This document shows positions 47,499-59,585 of a stretch of 64,000 nucleotides of DNA, piece by piece. The notes below the pieces were generated by a model. That model was given only the letters and a program-made list of their open reading frames with translations, did not search any database and was not told the DNA's origin. A program made the position numbers and the translations under genes. Source of the stretch: Heteronotia binoei (taxonomy: Eukaryota); NCBI RefSeq assembly GCF_032191835.1, contig NC_083228.1, forward strand, positions 110,174,001 through 110,238,000. The letters are read 5' to 3'. Numbering within the stretch: the stretch's first letter is position 1; each line of letters begins with the position of its first letter.

Positions 47499-49231
47499 CG
47501 AGGGGTGGGGTGTAATCTGTTTTTTTTTTTTTTCTAGTGTAGGGAGCTCACCACCACTTCTCATTCCAAAAGTGAGTTGGGTTGGAATAAATATAGTGCA
47601 AAAATAATGCAAACAACGAGGAAAGGTACTGTCAGCCACATGCTGAGTTTTCAGTAAATAGGAAAAAAAACCCTCCTCTGCTCCTCACATATAAACCCAT
47701 GGATAACTACAGGCAGTTCCTCCCATAATGTTTCATTTGGCCTTCAGATGTGTATGTTTCCAGACATATGCAAAGTATATTCAGAAAGCACACATGCCTG
47801 AAGCACTTTCACAAATTGTGATTTCCTAACTTGTGCCTGCATCTCTCAGGACAGAACTAAACATCAGCTCAGGAAATAGGTGTTCCCAAATCCAAAATGT
47901 ACTGTGTAGGGCACTTGCAGATCAGCAGACAGTGGGTAGTGTTTACCCCTGTTACGCTTGCAGTTTTTTACCTGTAAGTGCCCTTCCAAGGCAAAAGGAA
48001 TGTGCGATGTATAGTCATCAGGTGGGGGAAGAGTTAAGCTCTCCTCTCTGATTCTGTCCTATAAGTGGCTCTTATTATCTTATTTATGTTAAAAAGGGAA
48101 ATATAGGGCTTGTGTTTTCCTCATAACACATAATATTGCCCTCAAATTAGGCTCAAACTATAGTGATTGATTGAAATTGTTATTCTCTCACACTCACAAC
48201 ATACACAGAGACAAAGATGGTGTATTCTGACCATTGATCACTGGGCTCTGCCTCTGTATTATCTACTCTGATTAGCAGTGATTCTCCAATAGAAAAAAGT
48301 TTTCCCCCATAGCTCATTACTGGAGGCCCCTTAACTGGATGATTAATTTGTAATTGAACTGGAACCTTCTGCGTGGAAAACATGTGTTCTACTAATGAGT
48401 CACGGCAATTCTACTAATAATTTAAGCTTTTTTTTTTTTAAGGTTTTGCTTGAGCATCCAGAATGTTGTTTTCATCTCCCCCCCCCTCCCTTTCCTTATG
48501 GACAACTCTGTCAATTGGCAGGTATTGCGTAGTTTATTCTGATCATCAAGTGTTTTTCCCTCCCCTCCCCTCCTTTCTTTCTTTTTTACAAAATAGATAG
48601 CATATTTTTTCGATTTAGGAATCTGACTAGGAAGTGGGAGACCAAAGTCTTGTTTACTCTCTGAGTGTATGCAAACTGCCCTCTCAGACATTCTGTTCTT
48701 TCATTTGTGTATATCTTTTTAAGTGAAAGACTAGTGTTTCAGAGCTGTTCGGAACCTTTTCAAGCAAAGCTGGGGGTCAAAGGCTGTTTCCAGTGATTGC
48801 ACTTACCGCAGTAGCAGTTAAGTCTGTAGTTTCCTGGTGCATACATGGCACATGAATATACATCTGCTCATTTGAATATATTTAGATTTCCTTGACTTTT
48901 GCTTAGCTTTTATTTATAAATGGAGGAAGTATAGTCAAATTGCAAGGGACTCAGTGCAGCTGCATTGCTACCATTCTGGTCTTTAGTATGTGGTAGAGGA
49001 AAGTCTCAGATCTAATCAGGTGTATCTTCATGTCCTACAAAATTATCAGTGGACATGTTACATAACCAAAATGGGTCACATGTATGAATGAGTGAGTGAA
49101 TGGGTCACATGACAGGCTACTTGAGTGATCCTGACCCTAGAAAGCTGCTGCCGTGGAGTTTGATGACTGGCATGCCCCACTGCCTTTTTGGTGAAACTTT
49201 AATTTTAGAGCTTGTATTTGTTAATGTTTTT

Positions 49232-49427
49232 TGCCATCAAGTCACAGCTGACTTGGTGATCCTGTATTTTCAAGGCAAGAGACATTCAGAGGTTGTTTAC
49301 CATTGCCTGCCTCTGTGTCATGTCCCTGATGTTCCTTAGTGGTTGCCCATCCATATACTAGCCAGGGCCAACACTGTTTAACTTCTGAGATCTGACAGGA
49401 TCTGGCTATCCAGCTACGGGTAGAGCC
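49232..49427 (-). mobile_element. 5S rRNA-headed SINE
   Basis: Reverse-complement homologue of 8661-8865. Confidence 0.75.
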
Positions 49428-52400
49428 TGTAATACCAATCACCAAAAGGATAGGAGATTCTTCCAGCTATAAGTAGAATGTAAAAAATTCCACTCTATGG
49501 AAATGAAAGAAAACTCATGTGCTCATGTGCCCTCAGATTGTGGTCAAAATGTAGGGGTGTATCCAATGGAAAATTTACTCTGACAGAAGGGGGAAGTGAT
49601 TTATGTTGTACCTGGGAAGTTCCCGATACTGCAAGAGCAGAGTTTTTGGGATCATTTTGGGCTCTGGTTGAACGAGGCAAGAAAGCCATACATTACACAA
49701 TCAACAAAAATACTATATTATATTCTATTGTTTTACACAAGTTATATATTAAAATGTTACCATAATTGTAATATATCAATTTATCTGCATCATACCCTCT
49801 GTTTGCTGATGTAAATATTCCAGTATTTGGCCTAAAAATTTGATATTGCGTCTATTATAGTTATAGGTCACACTTTGTCATTAATTTTAGCCATTATATA
49901 TATGTTCCAAATATTTTTATGCCAAAGATTAATTGGGGTTTTTTTTGTTTTCCAGTTGGTTGCTATAACACTTTAGCTGCATATAAATGTAATTGAAAAC
50001 ATTTTTTTAATTTTTTATGGCTTCAAAGGCTGTCTATTAGCATTCCTACAAATTCAAAAGAAGTTCACTATATCCTTGGACAGTTGTTTAATTCCATTAC
50101 CAGTGGAATTACCAATCCCATTACCACTGTTGTCTCAAAAGTGCTGGATGTGGTTATAGTATAATGCATCCTTTATTTTTAAAGAGGGCCAAATATTAAG
50201 AAGTTATTTTTGTAGCCTTTGTTGATTATTGTCAAAATTGATGGTTAATGGAAATATTGCTGGTGCAAAATGAAATTAAACATTATGTAATCCATTAGGA
50301 AGGTGAATAATTGCTTTAATGACATCTACTAGTGATGGTTTTGCAGCTTTTCTGCTACTTGATTAAAGTTAAAAGATTCATTATTTTTAATGTCAGTTAG
50401 CTTTACAGTGAGATTTTTTTAAAAATATATATAATTTATCTTCAGATAGGGGTTCTTCTTTTTGTCTTTAATTAAAATAAATAATACATTGTGTCCTGTT
50501 TTTAGAGACTGCAACTGTGCTGAAGCAGACTTTCTGGAATTGTGTACACAGGAGTAGCATATTAAAATGTGATTTAGGTACATTAACACTTTAATGAGGA
50601 AGGAGGAAAATCTTTCTATTTTTACTAATAACCAGTTCATATATAAGAAGTTGAAAGTTAATGGCTTTTTAACCATTATGATATATTTATAAAAAGGCAC
50701 TTTATCTGCATCATACCCTTTGGGTATCAGTTCCTTTAAAAATCGTAATGGAATGTTAGCTTCAAATTATAATCTAGTTTAATTTTAAAAGAAATATTCT
50801 GAATTCAGTGAATTGAGGATAAGTGATACTGTTTATATGTTAATTTTATTTTAATATGTGTACTTACTTCCCCCCTTGCATATTTCTTTTTGTATTGCAA
50901 ATTTAGAATATATATGAGGGAAGTAACACAGACAGCTTTCTCTGAAGCCAGTGTATAAAATCTTAAAATCTATTAAGTTCCCATCAACTGACTTTAATTA
51001 AGGGAGGAGGGTCCTGAAAGAAATTGGGTACTTTTCACTCTGTTTATTTCTCTGTGTATGAAATACTGATCTTGGTTAATAAACATCTCTGTGCTTCATA
51101 GAATTGAGACATAGCCTAATTACACAGAGGAAACTTCCCTAGCACAGTTGCTACAGTAAATGTTATCGCCTAGAATGTCGTGTTCCTCTCTGTCCCCGTT
51201 TGACTACTGGAAAGACATGAACTGCACGTCTGCACTCTGCACTCCAAATGGTAGAAAAGAAAGCTTCTTAGGGGCAGTTTTCAGCTGGGAAACATCTGGA
51301 CAGCTTTCTGCAAGCTTTCTGTCAGACACCGATATCTCAAGGGTTTGGCAACAGCATTTGCCCAAAGCCATTTTGTCATGCTCTATTCTTTGTTATTAGA
51401 CAGCGACTCTGCAGTCAGTCTGAACTGCCCAGCTGACATACCCATGCTGGCAGCTCCCACATTGGCTGGGGCAGGCAAGCCAGACCATAGTGTCAGCTGG
51501 TGGTCAGAGGAAATAGGCTGAAAATGTGCAGGATGTGATTGTCAGGGCAGTGAAATTGATCTGTCACTCACTGGGTAATTTAGATACAATGTACCAAGCG
51601 AGAACAGTGTGTATGGGGTGGGCGGTGACAGTAATGAGACGGAGGAAGAAAGGGGGGATATCTAGAAGGGCAGCTTCAGCTGCTAACAAGACAGATAAGG
51701 CTTAAATTGCTACACCCGGTCTTCATTGACTTTTTTGCCACTTGCATGCTCTCATCTCCTCCATCACAAAATAGTTAAAGTCTGAAGCAAACAGGGTTAT
51801 CGTTTTAAGAGAGGGGAAGAGGCTGGTTCTTCTGAGGACTCCCGATGGATTTGGAGACTGACCAAGAGGGACAGCTCTGTATACAATGTAAACTCAAGAT
51901 GACCTCCTGAATCCTTATTAATCCCCAGCCAATAATTACAACTGCACTGATTTAATTGTTATAAACAATACTGATTACAAGAAGTAAGCAATAGCTACTT
52001 ACTTTCTTCCTGCAAATTCTATTTCGGAAAAAGGATCTTCAAGGCCTTTGGTGTTTGTATTAGTAGTTGACATCAGTTTACATGTTGGGGTCATTGCCAC
52101 AATGTGATACACATACCTTTACTTACCCTGAAATGTAAATGAAGGACTAGTATCAGGTAGAGGGCAGTGTCTGTGTGGAAAGGGAAAATACTGGCAAGAC
52201 TGTGTTTTCTGCTTTATTGCAACAGACATAAATAAATGAAGGTTTACCATTCCTATAATAGTGATTTTTTTCCTTAGTTAAATTACAGCAGAACTGAGTT
52301 CTCTAGATGTACATGTGGAAATCTACCAAAAACCAAGGTTTTAACTCTCATCCCTCATTAAGTCCTTCATTCCTTACTCCCCCCGCTTCTTCTCTCCGTC

Positions 52401-52848
52401 TCCCTATTTCCCCTCCCTCCCTCCCTGTCTCCCCTTTCCCATATATCCCTGCCTTCCTTTACTTTTTCATGGGTATACATCACTCACCATATATACAGTT
52501 GCACCTTTAAGACCAACAAAAGTTTTGTTCAAGGTAAAAGCTTTTGTGTGTCAAGGTTTTGAATAAAACCTTGTTTGTAAAAGTGCTACTGGACTCTTAG
52601 TTTATTCTGTTGCTTCAGATCAACACGGTTACCCACTTGGATCTGTCATATACACAGTTGTCATCACCATGCATGATCAGACCATTAACTGCATTGACTC
52701 AGAGAATTCTCCAAGGAAGTAAGGGATTGTTCCAGAGTTTTCAGATATAAAATCACAGTCAGCAGTTCCATTACTGATCAGGTTACGGAGGTGGTAGGCT
52801 TGGTTAGTAGGAGAGGAGTGCCCTTTGGCTACAAGTATAAGTGATCCA

Positions 52849-54498
52849 CAAAGTACTTGTCACCTGCTGGGAACAAGGCAAACTACCACGGGACTTTCGC
52901 GATGCAATCATCATTACTTTACATAAGAACAAAGGGGAAAACTACCGGGGGATAACTACCGGGGGATAACCCTGCTCTCCATCGCAGGCAAAATCCTTGC
53001 TAGAATACTCCTGAACAGACTGGTGCCCACCATTGCAGAAGAACTCCTCCCAGAGAGCCAGTGTGGCTTCAGAGCTAACAGGAGCACCACCGACATGGTA
53101 TTTGTTCTCAGGCAGCTCCAAGATAAATGCAGGGAACAGAACAAGGGTCTATATGTGACTTTTGTCGACCTTACCAAAGCTTTTGATACTGTTAGCAGGA
53201 ACGGCCTGTGGCAAATCTTGGAACGTTTAGGATGTCCCCCAAGGTTCCTCAGTATGGTCATCCAGCTGCATGAAGACCAGCGAGGCCAAGTCAGACACTG
53301 CAACGATCTCTTGGAGCCCTTCCCAATAGGCACAGGTGTAAAGCAAGGCTGTGTTCTTGCGCCAACTCTCTTTATGATCTTTTTTAGCATGATGCTTCAA
53401 AGAGCCGCAGTAGATTTAGATGATGATGATGGTGTCTACATCCGCTATCGCACTGATGGCAGCCTGTTCAACCTGAGGTGACTAAAGGCCCACTCCAAGA
53501 CAATGGAAAAACTTATCCGAGAGCTACTGTTTGCTGATGATGCTGCAGTTGTCTCCCACTCGGAGACAAGCTCTGCAGCATATGACGTCCTGCTTTGCAG
53601 AGGCTGCCAAGCTATTTGGCCTAGAAGTTAGTCTGAAGAAGACAGAAGTTCTCCACAGCCTGCACCCCAGGAAGATTATCACCCTCCTTGCATCACTGTG
53701 GGTGAATCAGTTTTGAAGACAGTCCAGCAGTTCAGCTACCTGGGGTGCATCATCTCCTCAGACACCAAGATCGACAAGGAGATTGACAATAGGCTGGCAA
53801 AGGCAAACCGTGCATTTGGCTGACTGCATAAAAGAGTGTGGAGCAACAAGCATCTGAAAAAAGGCACAAAGATCAATGTTTACAAAGCGGTTGTGATGAC
53901 AACCCTCTTCTACGGCTCCGAATCGTGGGTTTTATACCGTCATCACCTGCGACTCCTTGAGCGCTTTCATCAGCGCTGCCTTCGCACCATCCTCAACATC
54001 CACTGGAGTGACTATGTGACCAACACTGAAGTCCTCAAGCGGGCGGAGGTTACAAGCATCGAGGCATTGCTGTTGAAGACGCAGCTGCGCTGGGCAGGGC
54101 ACATCTCCAAGATGGAAAACCACCGCCTTCCCAAGATTGCCCTGTATGGTGAACTTTCCACTGGCCATCGAAATAGAGGGGCACCAAAGAAGAGGTACAA
54201 GGACTCCTTGAAGAAATCCCTTGGTACCTGTTGCATTAACCATCACCAGTGGTCTGACCTAGCCTCAGATCGCAAAGCATGGAGGCACACCATCCACCAG
54301 GCTGTCTCTTCCTTTGAGAACACACGCATAGCTGGTCTTGAGGACAAAAGGAGATCGAGGAAGAATCGTACTGCTACAGCACCAACCCCAAATCAGACTT
54401 TTCCCTGCAGCCACTGTGGCCGGACCTGCCTGTCTCGCATTGGTCTTGTCAGCCACCAGCGAGCCTGCAGCAGACATGGACTACTGCACCTTTCTTAA
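52849..54498 (+). pseudogene. RTE ORF2 RT plus C-terminal C2H2-like finger, disrupted
   Basis: In-frame TGA at 53479 and 53821 (likely CGA>TGA), frameshifts near 53570 and 53655; ends FPCSHCGRTCLSRIGLVSHQRAC. Confidence 0.92.
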
Positions 54499-54532
54499 AT
54501 CTTCGTTCGCGAAGTCAAGCCGAGAGAGAGAG
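52849..54532 (+). mobile_element. 5'-truncated RTE-clade LINE (motifs unlike BovB)
   Basis: Exact 12-bp TSD ATAAGTGATCCA (52837-52848, 54533-54544); (GA)n tail; RT motifs NYRGITLLSIAGKILAR, ESQCGFR, FVDLTKAFD, GVKQGCVLAP and LFADD. Confidence 0.95.
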
Positions 54533-54878
54533 ATAAGTGATCCATTTCTCTCTTTGGGGAGGGGTGGGAGCTTTATTCTGGTTTGGAGGACTAGAGCAAG
54601 GAGAACAAGAAAGGCTCCTGGTTTATCAAAACCATTTCATGGGATGCAAGGATGCAAGATCTTTCTTCCTATTGGTTAGGGAGCAAAGGAGAGGGTCATC
54701 AGTGGGAAGGGAGGAAATTGTGTTGCTTACTTCTTCAAATGGAATTGTCAGAGGAACTGTATGGATGGAGATATCCCATTTGCTTTGTTTGTTTACTGTA
54801 CATTACCTTGAGCAGTACTTGCAGTGAAAGAATAAATATATTCTAAATAAATTAACAGAAAATGTTCAAATACTCCAG

Positions 54879-55355
54879 TTATTTTATTTATTATTTATTT
54901 ATTAATTTCATTTATATCCCGCCCTCCCCCACCTTGGCAGGCTCAGGGCGGCTAACAACATTCCATAAAAACAGACAGTAGTAAATAAAACCTTAGATTT
55001 ACAATATAGAACATTAAGACATTAAAACATTAAATTAAAAACCAGTCCAATAAATACAGTTATACTGCGGTATAGATCTTTAGACCGCATTGGCAGATCC
55101 CTGATTACCGATTTTCTTAGCAGTCTGAATGTGCTAATTTAAAAAGGGTGGTCTTGCAGGCCCTGCGGAACTGTTCGAGGTTCTGCAGGGCCCGCACCTC
55201 CTCGGGGAGTCGGTTCCATAGGGTAGGGGCCGCGATCGAAAAGGCCCGTGCTCTGGTACTCTGATATTTAATTTCCTTCGGCCCAGGGATAGTCATTAGG
55301 TTTTTCCCCGTTGACCTCAGTGCTCTCTGGGGTTCATATGGGGAAAGACGGTCCC
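54879..55355 (-). mobile_element. L2 LINE 3' fragment
   Basis: ORF GDRLSPYEPQRALRS...RAFSIAAPTLWNRLPEEVRAL, homologous to 28788-29237; L2 tail. Confidence 0.9.
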
Positions 55356-55798
55356 CATATGTTATATTTTTAAACAAATAACTTGATAAAAGTATCATGT
55401 ATACAGAGGGGTTATACTATGAATCTTACATGTAAAAAAATCTATCAAATCACACTTATGGAGCTGGATTTTACATTGTCAGAGGTTGTAACATTAACTG
55501 TTTACCAAGATTTTTAAAAATGTGTAGGACTCTATATTGTAAAGCATTTTATTTATTTTCTAGGATCTCTGAGTGACAATTTCCATGACTGAATGTTTGT
55601 TTCAGCTCTGAAACCAGGCAATAGGTCAAGTAATGATTCTTTGGGGAAGAGTGTTGCTTTGTTTCGAAAAGCAACGCTCAAGTGCTTCATACTAGAAGAG
55701 GAAAAATTAATCTTTCCCTTTAGCCTGAGAAATAAACAACAGCATTTTCAGACTCACCATTCTGGGCTTGGTCCAATGGATGTTCACAGAGTATATGG

Positions 55799-56101
55799 CA
55801 GGGATGGCCAAACTTGATCAACATAAGAGTCACATAGAATAAACCTCAGATGTTTGAGAGCTGCAAGACTTGAACATCGGATGTTTGAGGGAAGGAAGGA
55901 AGGAAAATAGATTGGAGGAGGGAGAAAGCAACTTTAAATGCATTCTCCAAGCTGCCAGTCGGCTTGGTTTGGAGAAGTGATTTAAAGAGACAAATGCCTT
56001 CTCTAAGCTGGCCAGCAAGGCAGTGGGGACTTCTTCGAGAGTCACACGATATGTGTGAAAGAGCCATGTGTGGCTCCCAAGCCACAGTTTGGGCATTCGG
56101 G
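55799..56101. mobile_element. hAT-type MITE (CAGGGGTGGCCAAAC TIR)
   Basis: CAGGGATGGCCAAAC...GTTTGGGCATTCGG; homologous in opposite orientation to 61466-61705. Confidence 0.75.
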
Positions 56102-56106
56102 GTATA

Positions 56107-56421
56107 TAATATAATACAGTGGGCTCAGTGCACAGAGGAGATGCAGTTGCAGTGATCATAGCTCTTTATTGAGTTACAGCATGGCAACTGGTAGCTAAAG
56201 AAGACTGCCTAATGGGGCCAACTATATACAGTCCTGGGTTCCCATGCTGGAATGCCTTTGGATTGTTTGAATCAGCAGGGGGCTTCAGATTGGACCAGGG
56301 CAGCAGGGATTTGGATCCTGCTGCCCATTGTTCTAGAATCCCCAAACTCAGTCCTCAAGACTCCAATGAGCCAGGCAGGAACACTGGTAAAGAATGTAAG
56401 CATGAGTCCTCATACGCAACA
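56107..56421 (-). mobile_element. Probable solo LTR (315 bp)
   Basis: On minus: starts TGTTGCG, then CCAAT (~56270), TGTATATAG (~56225) and AATAAA (56165-56170) in LTR order; TATA on both flanks (possible 4-bp TSD); 3' CA appears mutated. Confidence 0.65.
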
Positions 56422-56508
56422 TATAGTATATCAAATATGAAGCTCAAAAATTAAATTCATAGGCAATATTATTTTATCTAGATAGTACAATTATGCCCTT
56501 TTTGTTTA

Positions 56509-56983
56509 TGTTAGAGAATTCATACACAGCAGAAGACACTGAAGAAGAGGGACAGGGAACACAGGAATTAATAGACAAGAGAGACAACTGTATGCAACAG
56601 TGGAATATATTTACCAGGACAGTATCCAATATTCAAAGTCATTGCCAGGCCAAGGTCATACACAGTAATCAGTTCACACTACAGTAGATAACAGTATACA
56701 CCAGTAAGTATACACAGAACGATCCAAGCACAGTAGCACAGGATCGACACCAGCAGTGTTCGCTGCCACCAGGACGGTATGTAACACAGTACACACAATC
56801 CTTACAGGCAGGAAGACCAAGCTCACTGAGCTTCCCTTAATACACAGACCAATTATGCAATCTCAACAGAGGTTGCATCAGCTCTGTGAGTCAGCACAAA
56901 GCCTAATTACAGGTGAGGTCATTCCACCTTACCTCAGTAACAAGAAACAGCTGGGCCATGATTCAGCATGACTCAGCATGACA
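56509..56983 (-). mobile_element. Probable solo LTR (475 bp), Gypsy-like
   Basis: Minus: TGTCATG...CTAACA termini; AP-1 sites (TGAGTCA/TGACTCA) near the 5' end; flanks ttta/tttg (3/4 match). Confidence 0.5.
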
Positions 56984-57324
56984 TTTGCAGAAACAACATC
57001 ACTATTACTAAGATGGAGTCAGTCAGCCATTTTAGGACTGATTTCCAACAGTTTATCGCTTATATATAAACAAGATTTCCTACCCCTAGTCCAGCAGCAT
57101 CTTAGAGACCAACAAGTTTTTTGGGGGTGTAATATTTCAGGAATCAAAGCTCACTTTGTCAGATACAAGTAGGAATGGAGATCCCTGTGCTCTTATATCC
57201 TAGTCAGAAGATGGGAGGGGTGTTGCAAAGAAGGAAGTCGGGATGATGTGATACAATGCAAAATAATAACACCTTGATTAAAGCAGGGGAGAAATGTTTA
57301 GGGGCAAAAAATTGGTATTTGTAG

Positions 57325-57500
57325 TGTGCAGAGTTAAGTAGCAGCTGACTTATGACAACCATGTAGGGTTTTCAAGGCAAATTACTGAGTAGGGATGGTT
57401 TGCCATTGCCTTCCTCTGCAAAGTCTTCCTTGGTGGTCTCCTGTCCAAGTACCAGTCTTGCTTATCTTCCACAATCTGATGAGGTTGGGCTATACTATAC
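57325..57500 (-). mobile_element. 5S rRNA-headed SINE, diverged
   Basis: GCAGCTGACTTATGACAACC...GGTTTGCCATTGCCTTCC...GGTGGTCTCC motifs. Confidence 0.6.
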
Positions 57501-57827
57501 CATTCCTCATCCCCTTTTCACTCTACTGTATCCTTAAACTGACTTTCCTTCATGACCACTATAGATTTCATCTACACATCTTGCTTTACTTTGCTGTTGG
57601 TTGCCAGGGCAACCATGAAACCCAGGAGTCAACACATATTATCTTCTTGCAAAGACTGCTTTGGCAAGGTCTTGTTCAATAGTAAATCCTTACTATTCAA
57701 TAGTTTTGTTCAATAGTAAATCCTAGGTGGTGTCAGAAATAGATACGGAATAACAATTCCCTGCAAGAATTTGTGTGCATTTTACTTGTGATAATAAGCA
57801 AGACATCTCCCATGCACATGTGTGTGT

Positions 57828-58324
57828 TAGGGTTGCCAATCCCCAGGTGGGGACAGGGGATCCCCCGGTTTGGAGACCCTCCCCCTGCTTCAGGGTCGTC
57901 ATAAAGCGGGGGGAGGGGAGGAAAATGTCTGCTGGGAACTCTATTATTCCCTATGGAAATTTATTCCCATAGAAAATCATGGAGAATTGATCCACAGGTA
58001 TCTGGGGCTCTGGGTTTTTTGTTTTGTTTTTTGGGGTAGAGGCACCAAATTTTCAGTAAAGCATCTAGTGCCTCTCCCCAAAATACTCCCCATGTTTCAA
58101 AAAGATTGAACCAGGGGGTCCAATTCTATGAGACTCAAAAGAAGGTGCCCCTATCCTTCATTATTTCCTATGGAAGGAAGGAATTGAAAAGGTGTACCGT
58201 CCCTTTAAATGTGATGGCCAGAACTCCCTTGGAGTTCAATTATGCTTGCCACACCCTTGTTCCTGGCTCCTGGCTCCACCCCCAAAGTCCCCAGATATTT
58301 CTTGAATTGGACTTGGCAACCCTA
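57828..58324. mobile_element. hAT non-autonomous transposon (497 bp)
   Basis: TAGGGTTGCCAA...TTGGCAACCCTA perfect TIR; exact 8-bp TSD GTGTGTGT. Confidence 0.92.
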
Positions 58325-58525
58325 GTGTGTGTGCATGCACACTTGCACATATAGAGATATGCAAACCACAAATGCAAATGGAAGCCTTATAAACTAACAG
58401 AGTTTATGCAGCATGAGAGTTCATGGATCCACTGTATCCAGAGGAACATGTGCATGAACGTTTTTTGAGCTATAGAGCATTGCTCTTGAAAGAAAGTAAT
58501 GGAATGACATGCTTTAAGCAACTAA

Positions 58526-58613
58526 CGGTGCAATCCTGAGCAGAATTACACCCTTCTAGGTTCCTTTAGATCAATGGTCTTAGAAAGGTGTGACTTTGTT
58601 TAGGATTGCATAG
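58526..58613. repeat. Short palindromic MITE family (CAGTGCAATCCT...AGGATTGCACTG); degraded relatives near 23635, 32300, 35805, 37500, 40936, 41676 and 43812
   Basis: GGTGCAATCCTGAGCAGAATTACACCCTTCTA...TAGAAAGGTGTGACTTTGTTTAGGATTGCA inverted arms. Confidence 0.7.
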
Positions 58614-59409
58614 TAAGACTGTTAGGTCATCTCAGTAAGTTGTTCTCATCACAAAAGGGCTTAGAAGATACTCAGTATCTTTGAAGACTTTATTCAGATC
58701 ATTTACTACCAGTACTGTTTAATAAGTGCCTAAAATCATTGCAGTCTATACAAATTGTTATTTAAAATGTAATTCTGTGTGCAAGCTTACTGCCTAGCAC
58801 ACAGAATTGGTTCATACATATCATGTATTTATATGCCCCCACACTTATGCTCTGAATGTGATTTATTTATACATGAATTTATAAGTATGCCATATCGTGC
58901 ATAAAATTAGTGATAAGTATACTACTGTATATTAATAGAGGCTGTTTTTTTGTGGCGCCTTTGTGCCTTTTTCCCTGCCCCAGCTGGGAATTGGCAACCC
59001 TACAAGTCGGTTGGGTGTTGCAGTAACTGTGTTCAGCCCACTTGGATTTGTGTTCAAGCAAATAAGTGATAGGAAAATATCAGGAAGCAGGGAAAGGGGT
59101 TAAGTAGTTCTTCTTTGTCCTGCAGCTCTTTCAGTCCTGAAAGCAGCCTGCCACTTATTTGAGAGTCAGGGGTCAAAAATATGCAATTTTATGTAATATA
59201 TAGTATGAACCCATACTGAATGCCATCTAAGCATTGGCCAGCCTGTCCTTTGAATCTGCCAGTGGAGAGAATTCTGAGGTTTTTGAACAGTTCTCCCCAA
59301 GGCTTCCCTCTTCTGAGCTCAGATGACTAAACGTGAACACAGCAAGTTTGCAGAAGGGAATGGTGCAATGATCACAATGCTAGGTTTAGATGGGGGGTGG
59401 GGGTGGGAA

Positions 59410-59585
59410 CCCGGTTTAAATTCCTCCTTGTCGTGTGGACCTCCTGGGTGACTTCGGGTCAGCCATTCTCTCTTTGGGTCAGCCATTCTGCCTGACCTTC
59501 CTCATTATATTCTGGGGATAAAATGGACAAGGGGAGAGCCATGTATGCCATCCTGAGCTCATTGAAGGAATGAAGGATAAAAAAA
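59410..59585 (+). mobile_element. MIR/Ther1-like SINE remnant
   Basis: CCCGGTTTAAATTCC B box, CTGGGTGACTTCGGGTCAGCC core, CCTGAGCTCATTGAAGGAA tail. Confidence 0.6.

Noticed and set aside
48812-48838. 27-nt minus-strand exon-like segment with a GTAAGT donor
   Set aside because: Poor acceptor pyrimidine tract, strand opposite to the inferred host, peptide unrecognised.
49956-49988. 33-nt + strand exon-like segment (GCYNTLAAYK)
   Set aside because: Strong acceptor but weak donor (AAT|GTAATT); cannot be supported without conservation data.
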